The notes under the pieces were generated by a model. That model saw nothing but the letters and a program-made list of their open reading frames with translations, was not told the origin of the DNA and searched no databases. A stretch of DNA of 63,887 bases, counting the filler, from Nemertoderma westbladi (taxonomy: Eukaryota > Animalia > Xenacoelomorpha): the NCBI GenBank assembly GCA_032718475.1. It is 3 parts of 3 records of this genome, joined end to end, with 100 filler letters (N's around TTAATTAATTAA, not from the genome) between each part and the next. Parts side by side here need not be neighbours in the genome. Positions count along the whole stretch, not along the records: positions 18,449 to 45,942 come from JAUCBJ010005864.1; positions 46,043 to 63,887 come from JAUCBJ010002334.1; 1 more part is not named here. One strand, written 5' to 3'. Both the position numbers and the translations under genes were made by a program. Positions 38,696 through 50,642 of the stretch are shown here, piece by piece (position 1 is the stretch's first letter; each line of letters starts with the position of its first letter).

Positions 38696-39493
38696 CACGG
38701 AAACGTAAACCCCAATACCATATATAAACTGACCCATAATGGCTAATCGTCGCGTATTATTAACAATCTCAAGATCAGTTCTTCATTGGGCCTTCGAGAA
38801 GAAAGAATCTCTAGATATCTATGATATAAACTCACTGCATTTACTTTTTGAAACTTAGTGATGTTTTATGATTTTGTCAATTTAATAATTATTTACAGTC
38901 ATTTTTATCAAAAAGTGAATATATAAATGGCCCAGCCAGTTAATTTGTTCTTCAGTAGTTCTAGCAGTTAGACAAAAGCACTGCAGCTATTACAATCAAT
39001 ATTTCGCGTCACCAATTTACTTATATTTTCATTAGTATTTTGCACATCTTCTAAAATTGAATTTTTATTGCGTAGTTATTTTCTGCGCTGCTCCGTATTG
39101 TTGAATAATTAATACCTGAACATTTTCCTTTTGAACTGATTAAATAAATGCCTTAAAATGATTTGTAATAATTTCTAGTATAAATATTTCAAACTAAATT
39201 TAGTCAGTTCAATTAGCGAGAGAAAAAAACCGTTTTTATGAAGTCGTTTCTGCTTTTTTTTATTAGAGGTTGGCTCCACAAACATTATCTAGTTGTTCTG
39301 TTATCTTGTTATGTTCGTTCAGTATGCGGTTGTTGGTAGACTTATAACAGAATCTCGACTCTTTATTATTATTTATTAAGTTGAACGAAAAATCGTCTCA
39401 TTTTCAAAATTATTTATCATATTTTAAATTTAGTTGCCAAATCGTCCCAACATAATATTATCAATGGCATGTCTGATTGGGTTGTCTTTATGT

Positions 39494-39663
39494 TGTGACG
39501 ATGACACACGCAGTCGTCTACCTACAATGTGACGATGACACACGCAGTCGTCTACCTACAATGTGACGATGACACACACAGTCGTCTACCTACAATGTGA
39601 CGATGACACACGCAGTCGTCTACCTACAATGTGACGATGACACACGCAGTCGTCTACCTACAA
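39494..39663. repeat. 34-bp minisatellite x5
   Basis: TGTGACGATGACACACGCAGTCGTCTACCTACAA, head to tail with no spacers. Confidence 0.95.
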
Positions 39664-41708
39664 TTGTTGTGTTTTTATTGTGTAGTATATATTTAATTTG
39701 CGCTAATTGTGGTATTATTAATACGGAGTATAATTCGGATTTACGATTACTTTTGCAGATAATTTTATAGGTTGATATGATAACCTTATAGTCGAGTCAA
39801 TCTGGCATAAAACCAAAAGAGTAACTGGCAGTCAATCCGACTCGCGTTGTTGGAATGCCCCAAAAGTGCATAATAATTTATTTTGCGATTATATATTTAT
39901 TAAAATAAATTCTATGTAAACTTGCCTAACACAAGCCAAACAATAGTCGAACAGTGGGTTTGAATAAGTTGTATATTATTTATGTTCCTGAATAATTTAA
40001 TTATTTACTCAGATGGGAATTAATTAATACAACATACAAACTGGCTTGTCTGACGTTAATTGTTATATCTCCGTAACTATTAGTTGCTTCAAAGTTTTAA
40101 GAAACTGATTCAAAATTATACAATTGCGCGAAAATTTAATAATTTCCACTAAATGTGAGCGAAAATTTCTCGCTTAATGAAATAATGTGGGTTGCTGTAT
40201 TGATTGATTTCAGGTGTATTTTACTTATTTTGTTTTTCTTTAAAAACCACAATAATTTTGGGATTGGACAAGGAACTTCAAGAGTCTTTTGAGGCCGGCA
40301 AATCTGATGGGCTGGGATAAATTCCCTCGTTTAATCAGATGGGGTCACTGGACTAAAAATTGTATGTATACCAAATTTGGGGAAAACCCACCAATAATTA
40401 GTTAGTTACCTTGTTGCTATGTGAAATTCTTATTGCTAAGGAAAAAAACATGACATTTAAATTGATCCGTAAAGTTTTTATTTTTCTAGTCTTTTTTTTC
40501 TTAAATTATTAATATGATGACGTATTAAATTCGTATGAATTGCAAATTAATTTTGGGTTCCCCTATTTTTGCTAGATTGACTGGACTAATACTTCCTATA
40601 ACAAAGTTAGTAGTACTAGCACGTTATTATTGTTATTATCTGTGTGTTATTACACAAGTTTGGGAATATGGAAGTACATAGCGGTATTTAAGTTATTATT
40701 ATTGTTTATTACAATTATTATATATTACTTTATGATTTAGTGCATTTGGTAGAATTTTATTGTATTTATAATAAGTATGAAATCTACGTAAGTATTTATT
40801 TAAATAATTCGGATATGAGTCATCCTTAGCTATGGTTAACTGCTTCAGTTGTAATATATTATACATAATATAAAGTTCAATTACAAAGAATATAACCTTT
40901 ATATGTGACAGGGTTGTGGGGGGGGGGGGGGGGGGGGGGTGTAACCAGTGACGCTACAGCTATTACATATCACATTTTTAGTCATAGTTACCATTGCCAG
41001 GGCAACTAGAAACTGAAAAATAGTGCATGTTGTTCCTTTATATACTTGATATATTGGTGGTAGACTCTTCATACATTTTAACTCGTCATATCTACTATAA
41101 AAGTTGTTGCTATGGCAATTTCCTTCGTTGCTATTGCTGAATTCTACCCAAATTTGTTATGTCTCATATCTGTACTAAATATCTATGTGGGGTTGCTTTG
41201 CTATGCCTCCGTCAACTAAAAAATTCCTACGGATTCATAGGCTGGAGCCTCGAGCCTGTACTAAAGGTAAAAATTGTAATTAATAGAATAAAATAATTTG
41301 GTGCGCTAAATAAAGACGCAATCGCGTGATCTTTGTTATTGACACAGATACTAAACATTATAAAAATTATTAACTACTACTACAGTAGGTGTAGGGTAGG
41401 CCCTACATAAAACTGGCAAGAGTTAAATTAAAACAATATGTACGTACATTACGAATGGATGGTGCGAAAAAATATGATAAAACGTGTTGCTTAAAATAAT
41501 GACTGGCACAAGTAAGAATTATTGGGAACAATGTTATATTGTTAAGTAAAAATACTATAGACGCTGCGAGGGCAGCGTGAAACGAACAACGAAAACCTAC
41601 CGGTATGGTTTAGGCAGTTATTTGAGCAGCATACAGTACAGCAGTACTGAAGGCTGCAGTCCAGCAGTTGTGTTACACGTACCGGTACCAGGTTACACTT
41701 ATTATGCC

Positions 41709-42233
41709 ATGGTTCCCGATAAAATAAACCCAGAAAAGGAAGCGCAAGAGATCCAAAGGAGAAAACTCATGGGAGATGAAAACTACGAAAAATACATAAA
41801 ACGAAAACACGATCACCAAGGAATCGGTAACAATTCTATTAAAGTTTTACGGGAAGGACATCCGAGATACAAACCGGACTCGATGAGTCCGGAGAGACGC
41901 GAAGAAATGATCGCATCACTGGAGTCCCATCGTAGTCGGTTGTCAGGGGAACGCAGTCGGAAGGTGTCGGATGATCCGACACTGTGGGCTGTGGTTGGCG
42001 GGACCGCGGCCATTCTCGCCTACAGACTCTACAAGTGGAGGACCGCGCCCCATCTGGTACCCGGGCACCTATACCTAACTACAACCAGAGTGTTAGCCCA
42101 AGGGTTCTTTGTAGTTGGTTTAGGCGGACTTATCGGTTATAAATATATAAAAGATTCTTACAACAGCAGTTACTCCAACTCCAATAATAATTTACCTGTT
42201 TCTAACTCAATAAGTAATGAAAGTGATAGATGA
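41709..42233 (+). CDS. HIG1 domain family protein (HIGD1-like, mitochondrial inner membrane), 174 aa, intronless CDS
   Basis: GCCATGG Kozak start; RKVSDDPTLWAVVGGTAAILAYRLYKWR...LYLTTTRVLAQGFFVVGLGGLIGY gives two TM helices with the HIG1 R-V-x-A-Q-G-F motif; AATAAA at 42272. Confidence 0.85.
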   Translation: MVPDKINPEKEAQEIQRRKLMGDENYEKYIKRKHDHQGIGNNSIKVLREGHPRYKPDSMSPERREEMIASLESHRSRLSGERSRKVSDDPTLWAVVGGTAAILAYRLYKWRTAPHLVPGHLYLTTTRVLAQGFFVVGLGGLIGYKYIKDSYNSSYSNSNNNLPVSNSISNESDR

Positions 42234-43539
42234 TGATTGTTTTATATTATAATATCAAGTTAATTTTAGTTAATAAACATTATTACTTTATTACATTGAT
42301 TATAGGCAATGTACTGGAAGCTGCTTATAATCACATTAAATAGCTTTTTTTTATATACATGTAACAATTCATTTCGCTGTGCGACATAGAAAATGAACCT
42401 TAAGTACAGAAGGTGTAGCCTTGCTCCTTGTATGATAATTAAATCACACTATTTCGACTTTTATAGTCAATAAAACATAAAACTGAAACAGTCAGAATAG
42501 TACGGTAACAAATCCCTCCCTATAACTAAAAACTAACAATGTTGCTCTTATAAATTACTGTTTAAAATGTTTGTGAACATTAATATCATGTTATCGTTTA
42601 ATTTAAAAACAATTTTATACTTTTCAGAGATCGTCGCAATATTCAATGTTAATTTTAAGAAAATTTAAATTTAGCAAGGTTGTTGTAAGTCTATCTCACT
42701 TGTTTTATGAATTATTTATTTACAGTGGTATACCCCCCCCCCCCCCCCCCCCCCACAGGTAAAATTTTCAAATTGTTGTTTCTTTATTTCACCTACAGCA
42801 GAATTTGATGAGGATTACAAATCTGAAATCCGCTTAGTGAGACCTCTTTCAGTTCTCGAGTTGTCACTGTTTTTCCGTATGACGGTCTGTCCGTCAAATT
42901 GTAAGAAAGACAGAAGACCGACAGGCAGACAGATATACTAGATTCCACCAAAAATTAAAACTGACATTGGAAATGAAATCAGCGACCCGGAAAACCCCAG
43001 TTAATGAACATTTGAGCTCGTTGGTGTGCATCCTTCGTGCCAGAAATAATTAACTAGCCAGAACACAAACAGTCACTTTTGGCGGGACGGTTTAAACTTT
43101 GAAGGGCATTTTCTCGGAATGACATTTTTAATTTTCAAATTACTACTCCTCCGTCATTTTTCAACGAATTTTCTTCTTTTATGGCTCATTCGAACGAGCT
43201 TTGGAAGCTCTTTTAAAGTTATCTTATGGAATTTTGATAAATATTACCATTTTTTCTAATTAGCCAATTTTAATTAAAAATATGATAATTAATTAATTAA
43301 AATAAAAATGGCTAATTAAAAATTCTATAAGATAACTTTTATAGAGTCTGACGAATGTAGATGTGGGACTGCGCATTAACAATGGAGTCACATGAGGTCA
43401 AGTTTACCTACTGTTAGTAAACAAAACAAACCAATGAGGTTTATCAACTTGTTGCCTTGACATGATGTATCTCTACTCTATCAAATTACTTATGAGATTG
43501 TTGGCAAATTGCAATGTTGCTTAAGGACACCAAACCCTA

Positions 43540-44467
43540 GGATGTAGGACAATTCGGTCCCGGACAATTCGGTCCCGGACAATTCGGTCCCGGACAATTC
43601 GGTCCCGGACAATTCGGTCCCGGACAATTCGGTCCCAAAACACTAAATAAATGGGACCGAATTGTCCGGGACCGAATTGTCCTAGGACCGAATTGTCCGG
43701 GACCGAATTGTCCGTTTCCTGATATCAACTTTTTAGTGCTTTTTTGATATTGGTGAATGTTCTAGAACATTAGTAGAGATATTTGTTATGGTACCTAGTG
43801 TTATTTACTTGCTAGAATTTTTTGAAATTTTAAAAATACTGTATTTTTTTTTATTTTTGTTATTGGTAAGTGTTCGAGAACATTATTATATATTATTTAT
43901 TAAGGTGTAGCTAATGTTTTTTTTTACTAGCTGTTGATATTTCAGAATTAGGCCTAAACTGTTGCTGATTATATTAATTACCAAAAATATTGATGATATT
44001 ATATAACAGTCCCTGAATGAGATCCAGCTATTATCTAGGATAATAATTTAGGCTTGTTAACCAACCAACAACACATACAGTATAAATACGCAATATACTG
44101 TATTAAAAAATTCAGCTTTAAACATTTTAAATACATACTATTACTAGCTAGTAAATAATTCACAAGCTCCATAAAAACACTTATACTACCATAAAACTAC
44201 CATAAATAATAATGTTAACAAAAAAAAGTAAATTTTTTTTACTTAAAAAAAAATACTAGCTGCAAAAAAAACACTAGCTACCATATAATAATATATATTA
44301 AGGTTCTAGAACATTCGCCATTATATAGTACCAATTCAATTTGGTCCCGGACAATTCGGTCCCGGATAATTCGGTCCCGGACAATGGGACCGAATTGTCC
44401 GGGACCGAATTGTCCGGGACCGAATTGTCCGGGACCGAATTGTCCGGGACCGAATTGTCCTGCTTCC
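43540..44467. mobile_element. Foldback/MULE-like MITE
   Basis: Termini built of 15-bp GGACAATTCGGTCCC arrays in both orientations; perfect 9-bp TSD CAAACCCTA at 43531-43539 and 44468-44476. Confidence 0.92.
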
Positions 44468-44743
44468 CAAACCCTATCCCAAAACTAAATGATAAAATTA
44501 TACTGTCTAGCTGATTATTTGTTGAATCACATTATATTTTGATACAGTAGTAATTCGTAATATCGTAATCATACAGTACGTATGATCAGGAATGTTGGCC
44601 TGCTGTCACCTGTGTAGGCCTACTGTATGTTAGTACCGGTATGTACCTAGTATGTTAGGTAAATAATGTTTGGTGGTACAATTAATCATCATCAGAACCC
44701 ATTACCCATGGAATACGAATAACATAAAACATAAAACAAATCT

Positions 44744-44808
44744 ATAGAGCTCCCATAATAATTGATAATACAATAATATTGTATTATCAATTATTATGGG
44801 AGCTCTAT
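44744..44808. repeat. Perfect palindrome with 32-bp arms
   Basis: ATAGAGCTCCCATAATAATTGATAATACAATA-A-TATTGTATTATCAATTATTATGGGAGCTCTAT. Confidence 0.95.
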
Positions 44809-45836
44809 TATATATTATATTGGCTACCACCAAAAGAAGCGAACTACACTAGGTATTGTCTGTAGTCATGTAAGTAGGCCATATATCACCAAACTACTGT
44901 ATATTAGTTCAGTTTATGATGTTGAGTTGTTTAGCGATTAGCATAATCCACAGCTCTTCTGGCAATCTGCTCCCAGCTCTTCGCAACGGCCTACAAATAT
45001 AATCAGTATTAGTAGTTAAACATATTTTGTTTGTTTAATTTCCAATAGAATGTCAATATTATGAACCGAAATTAATTAAGAATTACATAATGTTGTTGCC
45101 GGGCTATTAACTGTAGATGAGAAGATCCCATGCTGGTTGGAACTAACACTAGGGTGCTGTGTAGGATTTATACCATCATTCTCACTTAACGAATGAGGCA
45201 TTGGGACCTACGTAACTTAACATCTTATTACCAAAACCAAGCGTCACCCTGCAGAATTCATTAATAAGTCGAATCAGTATTTGCTATCATAGTACTGACT
45301 GTAAGTAGCCTGCATTTATCAATCAATATCTATAATTCTCTAATATTTAATAAATATAATAAAATAGGCTCCATGTTTGGTTTACATTGTAAATAAACTT
45401 ACCAGAATTGACTACACCATTACAGTTGTTGGAAGTATCTTCACAAACTGCTGCGGCCCTTGCTGTAAAACCAAAACATAAAATAGTAAATAAAAACTGA
45501 GTGAGCACTTCAGTAGGACTATTATTCCCAGTAAATGAAATCGTACTTAGGCCTATAAATCAGCTTGTGTGATACAATGGAAACATTCGTATCTTTAACG
45601 ATATTATTATTATTACGATCTATTACAGCGAGTCAACCAAAGTAATTTAATTCGTGTCGCTTGAAATTATATTTGACGGAATTTATTTTAATGCAGATAA
45701 TAATGACCTCAAATATCACCTAGAATTATTTTGTTATTTTTCGAATCAGCCACATAAAATACCCCATAGTTAGAAAAAAAACAATAAAAACAGGCTTACT
45801 TTTGAAAAAGTTTGAAAATGTATCACGTGGTGTAAA

Positions 45837-45942
45837 TTGAGTCAGTTGGAACATGAATGAATGTTGAGTCACTTGGAACATGAAAGAATGTTGAGTCAGT
45901 TGGAACATGAAAGAATGTTGAGTCAGTTGGAACATAAAGAAT
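45837..45942. repeat. 27-bp tandem repeat running into the contig end
   Basis: GTTGAGTCAGTTGGAACATGAAAGAAT, about 4 copies. Confidence 0.9.
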
Positions 45943-46042
45943 NNNNNNNNNNNNNNNNNNNNNNNNNNNNNNNNNNNNNNNNNNNNTTAATTAATTAANN
46001 NNNNNNNNNNNNNNNNNNNNNNNNNNNNNNNNNNNNNNNNNN
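45943..46042. other. Artificial contig linker
   Basis: Same N44-TTAATTAATTAA-N44 spacer as at 18349. Confidence 0.98.
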
Positions 46043-46283
46043 AGGGGCGAGCCATGAGGCAAGATGTTTGAGACTTATTTAGATATATTATTACTTAATT
46101 TTGACCCCCCAAACGGCATCTACTACGGCATAGGCTATATCTTTTGCAGAGTCACAGAGTAGTATGAAGTTCCCCAGTCTGCCGCTAGAGGACGAAATGT
46201 CTCAAAGTGAAAACCATACGGTAGCCATGAATTGGTTACTAGGCAATAATACTCCATTTTGCTACGTTGGGTCTATTGCTGAC

Positions 46284-46372
46284 CGAACGAAAACTGCCCT
46301 GGTTCATGCAGGGGTCAAACCCATGACATACGAGAGATGTGAATTCTACGCAACCACTACACCAAGGTGGAA
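46284..46372 (-). mobile_element. Head fragment of the tRNA-derived SINE
   Basis: Aligns with 31361-31442 (ACGAAAACTGCCCTGG...GAGATGTGAATTCTAC...CTACACCAAGGTGGAAC). Confidence 0.7.
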
Positions 46373-46666
46373 CAGTAACCTTCGAATTTGTTCGTTGACG
46401 TTCGAATTTGTAAGACTCTCATTTAAGACTTGACACAGACTATGCCTCACCGAGGCATAGACTATGACTCACTGAGGCATAGACTATGCCTCATTGAGGC
46501 ACTGAGGCATAGACTATGCATAGATTCTAGTTTTTTTTAAGGATACAATAAATTTGATACAGAACATAAAATTTGAAATTATTATGTATTAATTTAAATA
46601 AAATTTTTACAATAAATACCAAACTAGTACTAGTTAAATTAGTTCTAGTCAAACTAGTTAATTTAA

Positions 46667-48048
46667 CTAGAGACGGGCCTAGCGGCCCGTGAAGCAAGTC
46701 GTAGGAGACAGTACGAGTCAAGTAAAAGCTTTTTGTTCTGTCTGATAATAAATTAGTGTGAGGGTAGTCCCGGTGGTGTACGGGAAATTTTCTAGACAAC
46801 TTCAAACTACTAGTGAGTGATGGGCCTGCGGCCCAATAAGGAACCGACTTTTTATTTCAAATAAAAGAGACAACGAGATATAGTAGGCATATATATAACT
46901 AATTATGTATTTACGTGCTGCTCGAAGGGACAAAGTCAAACAGTGTGTCTATTATTTGATGTAACTCACGTGCTGCTCGAAGGGCGCAACTACATATATC
47001 GAAGGGTCGAAGCCAAACTCACGTGCTGCTCGAAGAGACAAAGTCTAACAGTGTGTCTATTATTTGATGTAACTCGCGTGCTGCTCGAAGGGCGAACTAC
47101 TGGCTACGAAAATTTTTTTTTGAAATTTTTGGTCAGAAAAAAAAATGGAAATTTAAAAAGATTTGATGTCTTTGCCTATGGTCAGAGAGCGATCCCACTC
47201 TGTAACTTGGCAATCGCTCAAATCCATTCAGCTGAATGGCACAGTAGAGTAAACTAAAGTAAATTCCCTCTACAATGTTCTGAAGGGGAGTCTGACAGAG
47301 AGTAATCCAACAATAAAATATTTTGCAATCAACAGTGAGTAACCTGATATAGATAATAAGCAGTGATTTTTACATTTCAAACTATAATGTTAGCCTATGG
47401 AGAATCATGAAGCTGAGTAAACATACAGCCTTTTAAACATACAGTCTCTAGGCCTATATAGTATTAATGTTGGCCAAAAGATTTATAAATAAAACAATTA
47501 CACGCAATGTATTTTAGTTGAGACAAACCAGATGGTGTGAAAAGTTCTGTCCATTCAACTAATGCTGACCTACGCGGTAGGTAGGGACAAAGGAATTTAG
47601 TTACCAAACCAGATGGTGTAATTGTTGTATGCCTTATACTCTGTCTATGACAGACGAGGTTTGTTTGTCCTGTACAAACAATGCGAGCTAATCTCACTCG
47701 AGTTGAGTTGTAATTAGTTGGCCTTTCCTCTATTGAATAGCATTACTAGGCCATCTCTGTACATTCTTCATGAGTGCCAGCTGGTGTTTTATCATTGAGT
47801 CTACGGAAATTTTCGTGCAATGGGGCTATTTTTCGAAATAAAACAAGTTGAGATGTTTCAATTTAAAGCGCGATTTCACAAGTACCCTTAGAAATCCATT
47901 TTCATGGTCCATGCAAAATTTCATCAAAATCGTTAGAGCCGTTTTTGCTCTAGGTCAGTAGCCAGTAGTCAGTAGTCAGTAGTCAGTAGCCAGTAGTCAG
48001 TAGTCAGTAGCTTTTTTTTCTTACAGTAATCAAGTCTTACGACTTGCT
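46667..48048 (-). mobile_element. Non-autonomous Helitron-like element (family A) containing a family-B end at 46810-47097
   Basis: Minus-strand 3' hairpin ACGGGCCGCTAGGCCCGT + CTAG-T; (AGTAGTC)n microsatellite and AAATTTCATCAAAATCG motif near the other end. Confidence 0.7.
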
Positions 48049-48050
48049 AA

Positions 48051-50636
48051 CTAGTGACGGGCCTAGCGGCCCGATAAGGAACCGACTTTTTATTTCAAAT
48101 AAAAGAGACAACGAGCTCGGCTCGGTCTTGCACGATTGGGCACGATTAAGTTCGACTTGGCTTGATCGGCTCGGTTTGGCTCGATTAGGCTCGGCTCGGC
48201 TCGGCTCAGCTCGGCTCGGCTCGGCTCGGCTCGACTCGGCCTGGCTCGGCTCAGCTCGGCTCGGCTCGGTTCGGCTCGGCTCGGTTCGGCCCGGCTCGGC
48301 TTGGCCCGGCTCGGCTCGGCTCGGCTCGGCTCGGCTCGGCTCGGCTCGGCTCGGCTCGGCTCGGCCCGGCTCGGCTCGGCTCGGCCCGGCTCGGCTTGGC
48401 CCGGCTCGGCTCGGTTCGGCCCGGCTCGGCTTGGCCCGGCTCGGCTCGGCTCGGCTCGGCTCGGCTTGGCCCGGCTCGGCTCGGCACGGCACGGCACGGC
48501 TCGGCTCGGCTCGGCTCGGCTCGGCTCGGCTCGGCTCGGCTCGGCTCGGCTTGGCCCGGCTCGGCTCGGCTCGGCTCGGCTCGGCACGGCTCGGCTCGGC
48601 TCGGCTCGGCTCGGCTCGGCTCGGCTCGGCTCGGTTCGGCTCGGCTCGGTTCGGCTCGGCTCGGCTCGGCTCGGCTCGGCTCGGCTCGGCCCGGCTCGGC
48701 TCGGCTTGGCCCGGCTCGGCTCGGCTCGGCTCGGCTCGGTTCGGTTCGGCTCGGTTCGGCTCGGCTCGGCTCGGTTCGGCCCGGCTCGGCTTGGCCCGGC
48801 TCGGCTCGGCTCGGCTCGGCTCGGCCCGGCTCGGCTCGGCCCGGCTCGGCTTGGCCCGGCTCGGCTCGGTTCGGCCCGGCCCGGCTCGGCTCGGCTCGGC
48901 TCGGCTTGGCCCGGCTCGGCTCGGCTCGGCTCGGCACGGCTCGGCTCGGCTCGGCTTGGCCCGGCTCGGCTCGGCTCGGCTCGGCTCGGCTCGGCTCGGC
49001 ACGGCTCGGCTCGGCTCGGCTCGGCTCGGCTTGGCCCGGCTCGGCTCGGCTCGGCTCGGCTCGGCTCGGCTCGGCTCGGCTCGGCTCGGCTCGGCTCGGC
49101 TCGGCTCGGCTCGGCACGGCTCGGCTCGGCTCGGCTCGGCTCGGCTTGGCCCGGCTCGGCTCGGCTCGGCTCGGCTCGGCTCGGCTCGGCTCGGCTCGGC
49201 TCGGCTCGGCTCGGCTCGGCTCGGCTCGGCTCGGCTCGGCTCGGCTCGGCTCGGCTCGGCTCGGCTCGGCTCGGCTCGGTTCGGCTCGGCTCGGCTCGGC
49301 TCGGCTCGGCTCGGCTCGGCTCGGCTCGGCTCGGCCCGGCTCGGCTCGGCTTGGCCCGGCTCGGCTCGGCTCGGCTCGGCTCGGCTCGGCTCGGCTCGGC
49401 ACGGCACGGCACGGCTCGGCTCGGCTCGGCTCAGCTCGGCTCGGCTCGGCTTGGCTCGGCTCGGCACGGCTCGGCTCGGCTCGGCTCGGCTCGGCTCGGC
49501 TCGGCTCGGCTCGGCTCGGCTCGGCTTGGCTCGGCTTGGCTCGGTCTGAGTCGACTCCCCGTGCTGCTCGAAGGGCGCAAATACATATATCGAAGGGTCA
49601 AAGCAAAACTCACGTGCTGCTCGAAGGGACAAAGTCAAACAATGTGTCTATTATTTGATGTAATTCACGTGCTGCTCGAAGGGCGCAAATACATATATCG
49701 AAGGGTCAAAGCAAAACTCACGTGCTGCTCGAAGGGACAAAGTCAAACATTGTGTCTATTATTTGATCATCTCACGTGCTGCTAGAAGGGCGCAACTACA
49801 TATATCGAAACAAGCCCCTGTCTTGTATTTTAATTATATCAGAAATCGTTGCCTTCAGTACAAATATCTAAAAATTCATTCACCTGAAGTATGGGTAACA
49901 TTATAAATTCGTTTTTCGCACAGTAGAGTTAACTAAGCAAATACCCCTCCAGGTTGACTGAATGATTTTATTAATGTTTGCCATGCATAATGTACTATAT
50001 TTGGGTCCCATGACCCACCCCATTGAACAGCTTTGCTTACATCTGATAGAAAGTAATCCCAAATTAACTTCCCTCTACGAAAATTATTTTAATTAAATAC
50101 ATACAACATAGCAGTCAACTCTGCTATCAACAGTACACAATAACTAAAATGGCATTCAGCTTACCAGCTATTCGCATTAAGCTAATAGATATTCGATTTC
50201 ATTGGATTCAGTGAGTGTGTGAGGGCTATTGGGAGAGCAATCAGCTTATGATGTAATACATTAGAATCCCACAGCTTTTGTTTGCTTACTGTCTGAGTTG
50301 TAGAGTGAGGATAATACTTGGCAGAGAAAGCATTTCCTTGTTAGGTGGCCATTCCTATAGAATAGCATTACTAGGCCATCTCTATGCATTTTTCATGAGT
50401 GCCAGCTGGTGTTTTTATCATTGCGCCTATGGCGTTTTTTCGTTTATGTCTATTTTTCGAGCCCACGGCTCATGGACGAAATAGCGGAACATACCAGGGA
50501 CCTTAGAATCGCGGTATCCAGCCGCTGTGAAAATTTCATCAAAATCGTTAGAGTAGTTTTGGCTATAGATTAGCCAGTCAGCCAGTCAGCCAGTCAATCA
50601 ATCAGCCAACAATTCTTACAGTAATGAACCTCTCGG
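48051..50636 (-). mobile_element. Non-autonomous Helitron-like element (family B, copy with expanded microsatellite)
   Basis: Hairpin CGGGCCGCTAGGCCCG + CTAG terminus; collinear with 50643-52500. Confidence 0.8.
48114..49545. repeat. (GGCTC)n pentanucleotide microsatellite, ~1.4 kb
   Basis: Homogeneous GGCTC array with GGCCC/GGCTT/GGCAC/GGTTC variants; it explains the SRAEP/GSARL ORFs. Confidence 0.97.
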
Positions 50637-50642
50637 TAAGTA

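Noticed and set aside
39494-39663. CRISPR-like 34-bp repeats (also the 56 kb array)
   Set aside because: No unique spacers and no cas genes; eukaryotic tandem repeats.
41577-41708. GTG-initiated extension of the HIG1 ORF
   Set aside because: Non-ATG start in a eukaryote; a strong Kozak ATG lies at 41709.
43537-43728. GPNCP-repeat peptide ORF
   Set aside because: Translation of the 15-bp foldback terminal repeats.
48037-49785. 400-530 aa ORFs of SRAEP/GSARL repeats
   Set aside because: Stop-free translations of the (GGCTC)n microsatellite in all frames.
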